From NCBI RefSeq assembly GCF_963921235.1, contig NC_086097.1:185010001-185074000 (forward strand): 64,000 nucleotides of DNA, in the 5' to 3' direction. The number at the start of each line of letters is the position of its first letter. Positions within the stretch are counted from its first letter, which is position 1. The notes beneath the pieces were generated by a model. It searched no databases. It worked only from the letters and a program-made list of their open reading frames with translations, and was not told the origin of the DNA. Source of the DNA: Mobula hypostoma. Lineage: Eukaryota. Shown here in pieces: positions 63,516-64,000 of the stretch. Position numbers and translations under genes: made by a program.

Positions 63516-64000
63516 CTGGATGGAAGTGAATCTGTGGAGTTCATTAACACAGATGTCTTTGGGAATATTTATAGTTGAGGTTGATTGGTTCTTGATTAGT
63601 CAGGGCATCACAGGTTATGGAGAGAAAGCGAGAGAATGCAGTTGAGATGGATAATAAATCAGACGTGATTAAATGGCAGAGAAGACTCGATGAGCCAAAT
63701 GGCCTAATTCTGCTCCTATGTCTTATGGCCTTAAGAAAAATATATTGGATAATAAATTTCCTTCTTCTAAGCAGAAGTTTCACAGAGTCGGTAACACTAC
63801 AGGACAGAAACAGACCCTTTGGCCGAACTAGTTGATGCCAAATGATTTATTCTGCCTAGTCTCATCAACCTGGTCCCTAGTCTTCCATAATTCAGTGAAA
63901 AAAACTTGCTTGCATTATACTATCTATACTCCTCATAATTTTGTATGAAGTACCTCCATCAGATTTCCAGTCATTCTCCTACATTCCAGGAAATAAAATC

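Noticed and set aside
1..64000. Prokaryotic features (CRISPR arrays, operons, defence systems)
   Set aside because: The sequence is intron-containing vertebrate DNA; no regularly spaced repeat-spacer array was seen.

Overview
This is vertebrate genomic DNA, most likely from a cartilaginous fish (probably a ray; inferred from the repeat families). It holds the 3' end of RUNX1T1 (ETO/MTG8) on the + strand: the NHR3 exon (15287-15477), the terminal MYND/NHR4 exon (29637-29912) and a repeat-free 3' UTR of about 2.6 kb ending near AATAAA 32523-32528. Most of the rest is layered transposon sequence. A three-way nested L1 cluster (4941-14291) has every TSD readable, and includes a young L1 with an uninterrupted ORF2 and a 5'-inverted (twin-primed) L1. 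There are also many decayed CR1 and Rex1/Babar LINEs, a decayed Gypsy LTR element with both LTRs, Tigger, Tc1 and hAT-Charlie DNA elements, and a tRNA/CORE SINE. The most unusual signal is a family of short Penelope-type elements carrying minimal hammerhead-ribozyme motifs. Three copies are head-to-head fold-backs that turn around at the ribozyme core, and two of them have exact 13-bp TSDs. Repeat family calls are by motif recognition only, with no database search, and boundaries of decayed elements are approximate.
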